Shown: positions 19,192 through 29,361 of the stretch, one piece after another
Layout: each line of letters begins with the position of its first letter
How positions within the stretch are numbered: position 1 is the first letter of the stretch
Source of the DNA: Trueperaceae bacterium
GTDB lineage: Bacteria; Deinococcota; Deinococci; Deinococcales; Trueperaceae
DNA length: 64,000 nt
Direction: 5' to 3'
Assembly (NCBI GenBank): GCA_965215565.1
Contig: CBDCDZ010000004.1
Coordinates: 2,176,001-2,240,000 of the forward strand
Position numbers and translations under genes: made by a program
The notes under the pieces: model-generated
What the model was told of the DNA's origin: nothing
Databases searched by the model: none
The model's input: the letters and a program-made list of their open reading frames with translations, nothing else

Positions 19192-19758
19192 ATGACTCAG
19201 GTTGCACCCACCGAGCCCGGTACATTAACCGTCCGCCCTGCCACCGCGAGTGACGTTCCCGACATCTTCAACCTCATCGGTACGTGGGCGGCGCAGGGCA
19301 AGATGCTGGTACGCCCTATGACCAATATCTTCGAGAACCTGCGCGACTTCTACGTGGCGGAGATTCAGAGGGAGAGCGGCGCGGAGTTCGCAGGTAGCGC
19401 GGCGCTGCACATCCTCTGGGGCGACATCGCCGAGGTGCGCGGGCTCGCCGTTAAACCCGAAATCACGGGCGGCGGCATCGGCAAGAAGCTCGTCGCCGCG
19501 TGCGAGAGCGAAGCGCGGCGCATCGGTATCCCGACGCTCTTCGCCTGGACGTACTCAGTCGAGTTTTTCGAGCGGTGCGGCTTTCACCTCATCGACAAAA
19601 GCAGAGACCTCCACCCGAGGGTGTGGTCCGAATGTCTGCGCTGCCCCTTTTTTGTCGGCTGCAACGAGAACGGGATGCTCAAGAGGTTGGAGGGCGTGCC
19701 GATGCCTAAAGATTTGCCTACGCCGCCACCTACGCAGGTGCCGCCGGGAATTAAGTAG
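19192..19758 (+). CDS. GNAT acetyltransferase, short-type N-acetylglutamate synthase (ArgA-like)
   Basis: IFENLRDF, ALHILWGDIAEVRGLAV, VWSECLRCP...CNE; argB is also in the window. Confidence 0.75.
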   Translation: MTQVAPTEPGTLTVRPATASDVPDIFNLIGTWAAQGKMLVRPMTNIFENLRDFYVAEIQRESGAEFAGSAALHILWGDIAEVRGLAVKPEITGGGIGKKLVAACESEARRIGIPTLFAWTYSVEFFERCGFHLIDKSRDLHPRVWSECLRCPFFVGCNENGMLKRLEGVPMPKDLPTPPPTQVPPGIK

Positions 19759-19764
19759 TTTCTC

Positions 19765-19831
19765 GAGCAATAAGCAATGAGTCCCGAGCAATGAGCAATG
19801 AGTGAAAATCTTTAGCCTCGTTGCTTTCAAC
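19765..19831. repeat. Repeat family A copy
   Basis: gagcaataagcaatgag...gagcaatgagcaatgagtgaaaa...ctcgttgctttcaac. Confidence 0.7.
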
Positions 19832-19875
19832 GTTACAGAACAGTCTTTACCGCGCCCTCTGCGGTAGCCTACTTT

Positions 19876-20478
19876 ATGATCGACATTACCGGAAGTATCT
19901 ACGTCTGCTATCACCGCGACGATCAGGAACACGCGGACACGTTCTTGCAGGACTTCGACCACCTCTACGGGCTCGCCGTGCGGCGTGAGGAGGATGAACT
20001 CCCCGAGGACATCCTGCGCGATAACGACAAGCACAACGTGATCCATAAGATTCGCGAGCGTTATTTGGCTGACTCCGTCATCACCGTTGTGCTCATAGGA
20101 CCTTGCACTTATACGCGCCGTGCGGTGGACCTAGAACTCATGGCGTCGCTCCATCACGGCGGCGACGATATGGCAGATCCGGATGAGGCGGAGAGGCTGC
20201 CGAACGGTCTTCTAGGCATCATGCTCCCTAACTACAACAACGCGGGCTTTCCCGACAGGTTAAACGAGAACTTGCAGGTGCCTGAGGGGGGCACCAGGTC
20301 CTACGCCGACGTTATCCCCTATCCGCAGAGCAAAGACGAACTCGCCGAGGCGCTCTCCGAGGTAGCGCGTGCCCGCACCGAACGTCGTGACCTGGTCAAT
20401 AATTCGCCCCACATGTTCAGCGAGAACAGGGCGTGCATTCCGCCCGAGCCAGGTGAGCAGTTCGCGACGAAGGAGTAG
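19876..20478 (+). CDS. TIR-like domain protein (DUF1863/ThsB-like)
   Basis: IYVCYH..D, IRERYLADSVITVVLIGPCT..RR.VD.E..ASL, PNGLLGI, P.RL..N. Confidence 0.85.
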   Translation: MIDITGSIYVCYHRDDQEHADTFLQDFDHLYGLAVRREEDELPEDILRDNDKHNVIHKIRERYLADSVITVVLIGPCTYTRRAVDLELMASLHHGGDDMADPDEAERLPNGLLGIMLPNYNNAGFPDRLNENLQVPEGGTRSYADVIPYPQSKDELAEALSEVARARTERRDLVNNSPHMFSENRACIPPEPGEQFATKE

Positions 20479-20497
20479 CGGAGCTACAGAACATCAA

Positions 20498-20538
20498 AAG
20501 AGGCTCGAGTCTCTCTTCTGAGAACGCTCGAGCCTCTT
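20498..20538. terminator. Bidirectional terminator-like hairpin built on two CTCGAG sites
   Basis: aagaggctcgag...ctcgagcctctt between convergent genes. Confidence 0.65.
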
Positions 20539-21152
20539 CACTTTTGCACCGCCACCTCCCAAACCACCTTTTCACGCCTATAGCGAAACGTCGTCCGCTC
20601 TGCCATGTCTAGAACGGTCCAGCCTGAGAGAAGTTCCGCCACGTCCTCCTCGTTGAAAAAGCGTCGGGGCAGTCCATCTACAAGGTAGTAGTTCTCCTCC
20701 AACCTCTTCCCGACCTCTCGACTCCCTAAACCTCTTACCGAGTTGAAGCGGGCTAAAAAAAGACCGTCCGGCTGCAAACAGCGGCGCACCTCTTGTGAAA
20801 TCTCGAGCGTCACGTTCCACGGAAAGTAGTGAAGCGAAAGCCCTGCTATAGCAATGCTAAAAGAGGTCTCGGCAAAGGGGAAGGGCTCTAAGAGGTCAAG
20901 AGGTTGGACGGTAGCTTTAGGCGCGGTTTGCTTCGTCAAGCGTAGCGCCTCTTCTGAAAAGTCGGTAGCGAGAACGCGGAAGCCGCGCTCCGTCAGAAAA
21001 CGAGCGTCTTGCCCCGCGCCGCAGCCAAGCTCGAGCACAGTTCCCTCACGCCTCGCTTCTAAAAGGTCTAAGTAACGCGCCAACCAAGGGTCAGTTTGGG
21101 TTGTATCCGTTTTGGCTCGAGCGTAAACTTCATTCCACCGTTGCACCTTCAC
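20538..21152 (-). CDS. Class I SAM-dependent methyltransferase
   Basis: VLELGCGAGQD, DFSEEAL, LSLHYF motifs. Confidence 0.88.
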   Translation of the reverse strand: MKVQRWNEVYARAKTDTTQTDPWLARYLDLLEARREGTVLELGCGAGQDARFLTERGFRVLATDFSEEALRLTKQTAPKATVQPLDLLEPFPFAETSFSIAIAGLSLHYFPWNVTLEISQEVRRCLQPDGLFLARFNSVRGLGSREVGKRLEENYYLVDGLPRRFFNEEDVAELLSGWTVLDMAERTTFRYRREKVVWEVAVQK

Positions 21153-21215
21153 CCCTTTACAACGTGAGCATAGCCCCCTTACTTTCGACTACAATAACTG
21201 AACATTCCGTTTAGG

Positions 21216-21326
21216 TAGCAGTTCTAAAACATACTGAGACGGATGAGCGCAGATATCATCCCCGAACGTGCGTGATGGGCATTACTTCACAAAGTGAGAG
21301 TGTAGCTGACCAGATGATACCTGCTA
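21216..21326 (+). mobile_element. MITE-like repeat family B, copy 2 (shortest, 111 bp)
   Basis: tagcagttc...ctgaccagatgatacctgcta. Confidence 0.75.
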
Positions 21327-21351
21327 AGGGCAGCGCGAAAAGGAGACGCAT

Positions 21352-21783
21352 ATGATTTCGGTCAGGCAACTCTTGGACAAAAAGGGCTACGACGTCCTCT
21401 CGGTTCTCCCGAGCAATACCGTTTTTGAAACCATCACCAAGATGGCGGAGCGCGGCGTCGGCGCACTGCTCGTCATCCGCGAAGAAAAGCTCGTCGGCAT
21501 CGTCTCCGAGCGCGACTACGCCCGTAAGGTCATCTTGCAGGGACGGCGTTCACAAGAGACCACCGTTGAGGAGATTATGACGCCAGAGCCCTTCACCGTG
21601 ACACCTTCGCAGACCGTCACCGAGTGCATGGAACTTATGACGGAGAAGCGCATTCGCCATTTGCCCGTCGTCTCTGAGGGCAAGGTGATAGGCATTATCT
21701 CGATCGGTGACGTGGTGAAGTCGGTGATTTCAAACCAAGCGGCGATGATTGAGCAGTTGGAGACGTATATTACAAGAGGTTAA
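21352..21783 (+). CDS. CBS domain pair protein
   Basis: VGALLV...GIVSERDYARKV, RIRHLPV...SIGDVVK. Confidence 0.93.
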   Translation: MISVRQLLDKKGYDVLSVLPSNTVFETITKMAERGVGALLVIREEKLVGIVSERDYARKVILQGRRSQETTVEEIMTPEPFTVTPSQTVTECMELMTEKRIRHLPVVSEGKVIGIISIGDVVKSVISNQAAMIEQLETYITRG

Positions 21784-21805
21784 AAAGCGACTAAATTCAG
21801 TTTCT

Positions 21806-21922
21806 GGTAGTGGCTTTACCTGGAATGACATCGATGTCAGAACAAGGGGTTTCAACCCCTTGTTCACCATGTAGAGATAGCAGCAGGGAGCACATGGCAG
21901 CATTCGACTTAGAACTACCACC
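21806..21922 (+). mobile_element. MITE-like repeat family D, copy 2
   Basis: ggtagtggctt...aggggtttcaaccccttgttcacc...agaactaccacc. Confidence 0.8.
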
Positions 21923-21952
21923 CAGTTTCTTATCGGGGAGGCTCGAGTAAAC

Positions 21953-22014
21953 AGTAGTCAGGTATCAGAATTCAGCATAGAGGAAGCTACTGAGTTCTGA
22001 CCACTGACTACTTG
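21953..22014. repeat. Intergenic inverted short-tandem repeat (family F)
   Basis: agtagtcaggtatcagaattcag...ctgagttctgaccactgactact; similar at 58664-58727. Confidence 0.5.
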
Positions 22015-22065
22015 CTACCTGCAACAGTCAATCATCCCTCATTCACAAAAGCTGTACCATACCCT

Positions 22066-22386
22066 ATGGAATACACTCACCTCACCTTAGCGCGGCGCTT
22101 TTCGGACGAGAAGATGCAAAAAGTTCCGGTCTTCGAGACACCTAAGATGTTTTATGACCAGTATTGCCTCTTGCCGGGGCAGTCGCAAAAGGTGCACAGC
22201 CATGAGGGTGAGGACAAAGTGTATCTCGTGCTGGAGGGTGAGGCGGTGTTCGATATCGGCGGCGAGCAGGAGATGTTGACCGAAGGGACCGCCGTCATTG
22301 CCCGCGCGGGCGTGCCGCACGGAGTCCGTAACGACTCGGGCACGAAGCTCGTGTTGCTCGTGACGATGGCTCCCAAACCTCAGTAG
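22066..22386 (+). CDS. Cupin domain protein
   Basis: PGQSQKVHSH..EDKVY.VLEG, G..HGVRN. Confidence 0.9.
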   Translation: MEYTHLTLARRFSDEKMQKVPVFETPKMFYDQYCLLPGQSQKVHSHEGEDKVYLVLEGEAVFDIGGEQEMLTEGTAVIARAGVPHGVRNDSGTKLVLLVTMAPKPQ

Positions 22387-23195
22387 TGGTGCACAAACCG
22401 GAATTGCGCGGTTTGCCGATTGACCACCTGGGCATTGCTGTGAAAGATTTAGAAGCGGCGAGTCTTCCGTACCAGTTGCTCGGACTTCCTACCGAGGGCG
22501 AAGACGAAACTATCGAGTCACAAGGGGTCAAGGTGCGGGCGCTCATAGCGCAGGGAAGTTTGCTGGAGTTGCTCGAGCCCACCTCACCAGACAGCCCCAT
22601 CGCCAAATTCATAGAAAGACGCGGCGAAGGGCTTCACCACGTTGCGTTTAGGGTGGATGACTTGGAAGAAGAGGTGGCGCGTCTTACCAAAGAAGACGCA
22701 CGCTTCATCATCACAGAACCGAGGGCAGGCAGGGCAAATACTCGAGTGGTTTTCTTACACCCTAAGTGGGCGAACGGCGTACTGATCGAACTGGTTGAGC
22801 ACTTGCAAGATAAGCGAGTGACCCGCTCTTCTCTGACCTCTTATCTTCGCTATATTCCCGCTATCTTCTGGATGGGGTTGACGTTTTGGCTCTCAGACTC
22901 CCCCGACATCCAGGGCGCGTCAGGCTGGATTGACCTGCGCCCACCGCTTGACAAGGTTGCGCACGCGGTGAGTTTTGGAATACTTGCGCTTCTTTTCTAC
23001 TTGGCAACCGGACGCGCCTTACTCTCCGTCCTCTTAGCCTCGCTCTACGGCGTTACAGATGAATTCCACCAGAGCCTCGTGCCGGGGCGCGACGCGGACC
23101 TCTTCGATTGGATAGCGGATACAGTAGGGGCGGCGGTGGCGGTGAGCACCGTTCTTTCTCTGACTCGCTGGCGTCCACAGTGGACTAAAAGGTGA
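22386..23195 (+). CDS. mce: Methylmalonyl-CoA epimerase in frame with a VanZ-family membrane domain
   Basis: IDHLGIAV...GEGLHHVAF...FLHPK..NGVLIELVE, then DKVAH...YG.TDEFHQ..VPGR.....D..AD..G. Confidence 0.85.
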   Translation: MVHKPELRGLPIDHLGIAVKDLEAASLPYQLLGLPTEGEDETIESQGVKVRALIAQGSLLELLEPTSPDSPIAKFIERRGEGLHHVAFRVDDLEEEVARLTKEDARFIITEPRAGRANTRVVFLHPKWANGVLIELVEHLQDKRVTRSSLTSYLRYIPAIFWMGLTFWLSDSPDIQGASGWIDLRPPLDKVAHAVSFGILALLFYLATGRALLSVLLASLYGVTDEFHQSLVPGRDADLFDWIADTVGAAVAVSTVLSLTRWRPQWTKR

Positions 23196-23272
23196 ACCGA
23201 AGGGTGAACGAACAAGCTACAATAGCGCGTGACCTTTTTTTACTTTGACCACGTATCAACTTGGAAATGCTT

Positions 23273-24055
23273 ATGAAGTTGGCGATTGTCGGCGCAGGAA
23301 AAATGGGTGGTGCAGTGCTCACGGGAGCGCTTAGAGCGGGGGTGCTCGAGCGAAACGACGTCGGCATCTACCACCCTAATGAGGCGCGGCGCGAAGCCCT
23401 AGCACAAAGCTACGACGTTTCACCGCTCAGCGACGATGAGGTCCACCAAGCCGAACGTATCCTCGTCGCCGTCAAACCGCAATCCTTTGATGAGGTTGCC
23501 CCTCTCATCGCGAGGCGGAGCGCCTCGTACATCTCGCTGATGGCGGGCGTTTCAGCGGAAACCATCGCCAAGCGCGTCGGCAGCAGCCGCGTAGTGCGCT
23601 CAATGCCGAATATGGGTGCGAGAGTCGGCCTCAGCGCCACCGCGCTCGCCGCGCTGCCCCAAGCGACATCAGAAGATATTGAGATGGCGGAGAGACTTTT
23701 CAGCGCCGTCGGTACGGTCTATCAAATTCCAGAGCGGCTCTTTGACGCCTTTACAGGTTTGGCAGGTTCGGGACCCGCCTTTGCCGCTGTCTTTGCAGAG
23801 GCGTTAGCCGATGGCGGTGTTCGCGTTGGCTTTGGGCGGGATGTGGCGAGAGATTTAGCACGTCAGGTGATCTTAGCAACAGCTAAACTCTTAGAAGAAG
23901 CCCCTCCAGCGAACCTCAAGGATGAGGTCTCGAGCCCCGGAGGAACCGCCATCACGGGCGTTACCGCTTTAGAAGAGCACGGGCTACGCTACGCCGCCAT
24001 TCGCGCAGTGCAGGAGGCGAGCGCCAGAGCCCGCGAACTTAGCCAGGAAGATTGA
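23273..24055 (+). CDS. proC: Pyrroline-5-carboxylate reductase
   Basis: GAGKMG, AVKPQ, RSMPN, GSGPAF, VSSPGGT motifs. Confidence 0.96.
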   Translation: MKLAIVGAGKMGGAVLTGALRAGVLERNDVGIYHPNEARREALAQSYDVSPLSDDEVHQAERILVAVKPQSFDEVAPLIARRSASYISLMAGVSAETIAKRVGSSRVVRSMPNMGARVGLSATALAALPQATSEDIEMAERLFSAVGTVYQIPERLFDAFTGLAGSGPAFAAVFAEALADGGVRVGFGRDVARDLARQVILATAKLLEEAPPANLKDEVSSPGGTAITGVTALEEHGLRYAAIRAVQEASARARELSQED

Positions 24056-24098
24056 GGCGTTACCTCGAGGGGGGCGACGCCCCCCTTGGGAGGACCCA

Positions 24099-24653
24099 AT
24101 GTTCAAACACCTATTCGTACTTGCCCTACTTCTCGCTAGCACCGCTTTTGCCCAAGACTACTTCCCCCACCGCGACGGCCTCTCGTGGACGTATAGCAAC
24201 GGGGAGACGCAGACGCTCAACGGTCCTACTGAAATCGCGGGCGAAGAGGTCATGGTCTTGACGCACTTCTTGGATGGCAATGTCATCTCCAAGGATTATC
24301 TCGCCTACGACGCCATCGGCGTGTTCTCTTACGGCACCGAAGCGGGCGGGCAAACGCTCCTCTACAACCCACCGCTCACCCTCTACGCGGGCGACAACTT
24401 GCAGGTCGGACAGAGTTGGCAGAGCGCCACGAGCGTGGCGGGTTTCGACATCACGCTCGCCGCTGAAGTGATGGGGATGCGCGGCGTGCGCACCGATGCG
24501 GGGCGCTTTAACGCCTTGCAGGTGCGTCAGAGAACATTCACCAATACGGGAGCGCAGACGACGCTCGACCTCTTTGTTGTGCCAGGTGTGGGTGTGGTGC
24601 GCTTTGTGACGCAAGACGGTACGGTTGTTGATTTAGTTGAAAAGAACTTCTGA
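24099..24653 (+). CDS. Secreted beta-rich hypothetical protein
   Basis: Signal peptide ending AFA-Q; YFP...G.SWTY; GGGAGG RBS. Confidence 0.8.
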   Translation: MFKHLFVLALLLASTAFAQDYFPHRDGLSWTYSNGETQTLNGPTEIAGEEVMVLTHFLDGNVISKDYLAYDAIGVFSYGTEAGGQTLLYNPPLTLYAGDNLQVGQSWQSATSVAGFDITLAAEVMGMRGVRTDAGRFNALQVRQRTFTNTGAQTTLDLFVVPGVGVVRFVTQDGTVVDLVEKNF

Positions 24654-24672
24654 CCTTTTGATTTTTAGACGT

Positions 24673-24706
24673 AGAAAGGGCTCGAGCCAAAGCTCGAGCC
24701 CTTTCT
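24673..24706. terminator. Bidirectional terminator with CTCGAG in both arms
   Basis: agaaagggctcgagc-caaa-gctcgagccctttct. Confidence 0.75.
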
Positions 24707-24707
24707 C

Positions 24708-24932
24708 TTAGAAAATCCCGCCCCCAATTGCCAAGCGAAGCACCGCTAAGACCAACGCAAAAATGCTCACATTGCGCCCGTTGGTGCGGTCACTGAGCAG
24801 CCCGAAAACCACACCGATAACCGCGATTCCTCCACCGATCCAGGCGAACACCGCGCCTACGATGGGGATGATGGCGGTTAAGACGATAAGGATAATAGCG
24901 AGGATTCCAAAGATAATTGCGACAACGTTCAT
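24708..24932 (-). CDS. Small membrane protein (74 aa, three hydrophobic segments)
   Basis: Hydrophobic sequence; -10-like TAAAACT directly before ATG. Confidence 0.75.
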   Translation of the reverse strand: MNVVAIIFGILAIILIVLTAIIPIVGAVFAWIGGGIAVIGVVFGLLSDRTNGRNVSIFALVLAVLRLAIGGGIF

Positions 24933-24982
24933 ACCTAGTTTTACCGCATTGGGATGAACTTTTGGGTTATAAAGGAAGCAAT

Positions 24983-25165
24983 ACGAGCGCTTGCCGTAAC
25001 TTTAGAGACGTTATCACCAAACGTCTTAGAGAAAATCCCGGAGAGATGAAGGCCTACTTGCAGCTTGCACTCGAGGAGTTTGCAGAAGATGATGATACCG
25101 AGGCGCTTATGCTTGCCTTGCACACAGTAGCCGAAGCGAAAGGGGAACGACGTGGAAATGTATAA
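24983..25165 (+). pseudogene. Truncated addiction-module antidote (HI1420-like) lacking its HTH, with ACG in place of ATG
   Basis: LRENP.E..AYL..ALEE...D...LMLAL.TVAEAKG ends before the expected HTH; AAGGA RBS precedes ACG. Confidence 0.65.
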
Positions 25166-25445
25166 TCCTCCCCACCCCGGCGAAGTGTTGCAAGGACTTT
25201 ATTTGGAGCCGCTCGAGCTAACCGTCACCGCTACCGCGCAAGCTCTCGGCGTAAGCCGCAAAACGCTCTCCGCCATCATCAACGGACGCGCCAGCGTAAC
25301 GCCCAATATGGCGTTACGTTTCGCTAAAGCATTTGGTGGTAGTCCCGGCAAGTGGCTGACGATGCAACAAAAGTACGACCTGTGGCAAGCAAGGCAACGC
25401 GCTGACTTGACTGGGGTCAAAGTGCTTTATGAAGTGGCAGCGTGA
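25152..25445 (+). CDS. higA: HigA-family antitoxin (HTH)
   Basis: [38 protein letters not shown]. Confidence 0.92.
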   Translation: MEMYNPPHPGEVLQGLYLEPLELTVTATAQALGVSRKTLSAIINGRASVTPNMALRFAKAFGGSPGKWLTMQQKYDLWQARQRADLTGVKVLYEVAA

Positions 25446-25460
25446 AGTAAGCCCGAGCGT

Positions 25461-25653
25461 ATGAAAGTGCTCGGGCCCATTACGCTACTCACCCAAATAT
25501 GGTCTCATTCGTGGGCAAGTCGGGACGGTTGTTGAAGTGCTTGCGCCGGATGTGTTTCTGGTTGAATTTAGTGATGATGGAGGGCGGACGATTGGGTTGG
25601 TAGTGCTCGAGGTAAAGGAGGTTTTGGGGCTCGAGGACACTCGATCTACTTGA
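25461..25653 (+). pseudogene. Frameshifted DUF4926-like small gene
   Basis: MKVLGPITLL then shifts frame to PKYGLIRGQVGTVVEVLAPDVFLVEFSDDGGRT...stop 25653. Confidence 0.7.
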
Positions 25654-25657
25654 ATCC

Positions 25658-26374
25658 TCACTCCACGACTTTCTCCTCTTGAGCTTCAGTATCGTTGAGA
25701 GATAAAAGCCTATCGCTGACTTCTTTTGCCCTCACCTCAAAAACGTAAACATACTCCAAAACATGTTCAACGAGCTGAAGCATTGCCTCTGCCATTTCCT
25801 TATCTGTTTCTTTTTCTAGGTCAAAATGTGCGCCGAGATTTCTTCCCCCTACTATAGCTTTGGTCAAATTGAGAAAAGGTTGAGTCAGGTCTTTGTGCTT
25901 CGGCAATTTCTGGAGTTGTTGTCCGAGCATCCCCTTCCGCTCCTCTTCTGGAAGCATCATCTTAGTCACACCCTCGAGTGCTTTCCCACACATCGTTGCA
26001 GTTGCGTCCCAAATACCTGCATTGAAAGAGCGGTTTGCATCTTGGTAAGCTCTAAGAATTCTTTCAGGAATAGGGTACTCATCAAATTTCTTATCACGAG
26101 ATTCACGGGCTTCGGGAAAGGAGAATATGGCTTCACACGTATTGTCTCTAGTTTTGGGTTTGATGATCCAGAACAGCATGTTACCATCACAACGAGTGCA
26201 ACGAGTCTTTACTTGCGCTGTCTGAGTGTTTCCATCATAATTGCTGCTGTATATTACGACGTGGTTAGTAAGTTGTTTGCAGTGAGCACATTCCGTATCG
26301 AAACTTGCTGGATATTGGTAGCTGCTAACTGGATTCCACTTCTTAACAGCATTTAAGGGTATTTTTCCCATCAC
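25658..26374 (-). CDS. DUF4145-domain protein with N-terminal Zn-ribbon; lower GC than its neighbours
   Basis: CAHC/CTRC; Y..A..S...G...A...MC.KALE; RNLGAH (HEPN-like RxxxxH). Confidence 0.8.
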   Translation of the reverse strand: MMGKIPLNAVKKWNPVSSYQYPASFDTECAHCKQLTNHVVIYSSNYDGNTQTAQVKTRCTRCDGNMLFWIIKPKTRDNTCEAIFSFPEARESRDKKFDEYPIPERILRAYQDANRSFNAGIWDATATMCGKALEGVTKMMLPEEERKGMLGQQLQKLPKHKDLTQPFLNLTKAIVGGRNLGAHFDLEKETDKEMAEAMLQLVEHVLEYVYVFEVRAKEVSDRLLSLNDTEAQEEKVVE

Positions 26375-26380
26375 TAAAGT

Positions 26381-27652
<1,272 letters not shown>

Positions 27653-27685
27653 TCATAACGCCGAGCGTAGTCAAATCGCGTTTTA

Positions 27686-27756
27686 GTAACAATGAGTTAA
27701 AAGCAATGAGCAACGAGTGAAAAAAGCATCGAACTCGTTGCTCATTGCTTTCAACT
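27686..27756. repeat. Repeat family A copy
   Basis: aatgagttaaaagcaatgagcaacgag...ctcgttgctcattgctttcaact. Confidence 0.7.
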
Positions 27757-27770
27757 TCTCTAAAGAGGTG

Positions 27771-28442
27771 TTACTCCGCTATAAATGGTTCCTCGAGCCG
27801 CTCGTTATTCACCACCACCGTCGCGTGCTCTTTCGGACTGCACTCCCGCAGATACAGCCGCTGCCCCTCCACGTAGCGGCGATTTTCGGACGCGTGCGGG
27901 TCAGGTGAGCCTTCGCCTCTTTGCGCACCTCTCGGGATAGAAATCGTGAAATCCACCTCTAAAAATATAGAGAAGTCCCAGTAATCCCTCAGCTCAGGGC
28001 GGTGCAAGAAGATACCCTCTAAAATTAGGATAGAACCAGGTGCGGCTTGCTCCTCTGGCATCGCCACGGGTGCATCTTCGCAGTGGTCAAAAACGGCGGT
28101 GCGGTAACGGCCTGTTCCGCCGGGGCTGAGCGGGTCTAAAAGCGCGGCTTTGAGCGCGGTGTAATTATAGGAATCGCGGAAGAAACCCTCGGGTGACCTC
28201 TCGCCTAAGCGGTACCTCACCACTCGAGGGTTATGAAAGCCGTCCACCGAGGCGGTGATAAGAGGTCTACCGGACGCGCTCAAAATCTGCGCCAGCTCTG
28301 CGCTAAAGGTCGTCTTCCCTGCACCGTCTACGCCGTCGATACCGACTCTGATAACGCGGCCTGCAGGCAACGCCAAAATTCTGGCGGCGAGACTCCGAAG
28401 AAGGTCCGAGCGCGCTTTGGTGGAGTTGACTCGAGCGTCCAT
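27771..28442 (-). CDS. Uridine-kinase-like P-loop protein
   Basis: VGIDGVDGAGKTT, SVDGFH, LEGIFL.RPEL...WD, RYVEGQRLY. Confidence 0.85.
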   Translation of the reverse strand: MDARVNSTKARSDLLRSLAARILALPAGRVIRVGIDGVDGAGKTTFSAELAQILSASGRPLITASVDGFHNPRVVRYRLGERSPEGFFRDSYNYTALKAALLDPLSPGGTGRYRTAVFDHCEDAPVAMPEEQAAPGSILILEGIFLHRPELRDYWDFSIFLEVDFTISIPRGAQRGEGSPDPHASENRRYVEGQRLYLRECSPKEHATVVVNNERLEEPFIAE

Positions 28443-28539
28443 CGTTCTCAAGTCTATCAGCACTTTCAAACTTGGCAAAACTGTTCCTCGGCACTTGGTC
28501 CGGGCGGCGAGACGTGCTATTTTCGAGGTGGAGGCTAAC

Positions 28540-29187
28540 GTGACTTTGCGTACGATTCTGAGGTGCGTCGCGCTCGGTACGATCATCGGGGCGGGCGTGA
28601 CCGCCTTTCAACCCGCCAAAGAAGTGAATGTTGTGCCAAAAGCGACGGTTAAGGTGAAACGCTTCGTCAAGCTTCACCTGTCTCCACGAACAAAAATTCT
28701 CAGCGAGCCGCGCAGCCACGACTTCGAGCGGCACGGACCCCCCGCTAAGCCGAACTTCGTGCTGCGGGCGACGGGGTACAACTCTCTCGAGTCGCAAACG
28801 GACGACACGCCTTTCATCACCGCTATAGGCTCACAAACGCGCCCCGGCATCGTCGCCATCAGCCGCGACCTCTTAAAAGGTAGCATTCCGTACGGCTCGC
28901 TCGTGCGGCTCAAAGACTTGGGCGGCTATCGCGGCGGCGGCTACGGCAAGTTTCAAGACAAGCTGGACGCGCAAGGGCTCTTTATCGTTGAGGACACCCT
29001 CCATCGGCGCAAGACGCAGCAGGTGGACGTGTGGTTCGAGTCGTATTATGAGGCGTTGCAGTGGGGCGTACGTAAGGTAGAAGTCGAACTCGTGCGGCAC
29101 GGCTGGAACGGCGCAACGCTCGACCACCCCGAGGTGGCGGAGATTGCGGTTGTTCCGGTGTTGAAGAGCAACTCGGCACTTCAGTAA
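28540..29187 (+). CDS. 3D (Asp-Asp-Asp) domain protein, MltA-like
   Basis: ATGYNS..SQTD.TP.ITA, VAISRD, PYGS, VEDT, VDVW; GGAGG RBS before GTG 28540. Confidence 0.88.
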   Translation: MTLRTILRCVALGTIIGAGVTAFQPAKEVNVVPKATVKVKRFVKLHLSPRTKILSEPRSHDFERHGPPAKPNFVLRATGYNSLESQTDDTPFITAIGSQTRPGIVAISRDLLKGSIPYGSLVRLKDLGGYRGGGYGKFQDKLDAQGLFIVEDTLHRRKTQQVDVWFESYYEALQWGVRKVEVELVRHGWNGATLDHPEVAEIAVVPVLKSNSALQ

Positions 29188-29269
29188 CAGGTTACGGTTG
29201 AAAACCGGTTACGAAGTTTCCTGTCGCTTCGCGCTTCTACGGAGCCGGGAACGCTTTCAGCGTTCACCT

Positions 29270-29332
29270 GTGTCAGCATCTCAGGTTTTTAGCCTTTCCT
29301 GACGAGCTGAAATGCTGACTAGCTGACCAGCT
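29270..29332. repeat. Repeat family E copy
   Basis: gtcagcatctcagg...gctgaaatgctgactagctgacc. Confidence 0.6.
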
Positions 29333-29361
29333 ATAAAAAACGCGCACGATAGACTAACCCC

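Noticed and set aside
28255..28586. Overlapping divergent long ORF starts for the kinase and the 3D-domain protein
   Set aside because: Starts at 28442 (-) and 28540 (+, with GGAGG) remove the overlap and match the domain boundaries.
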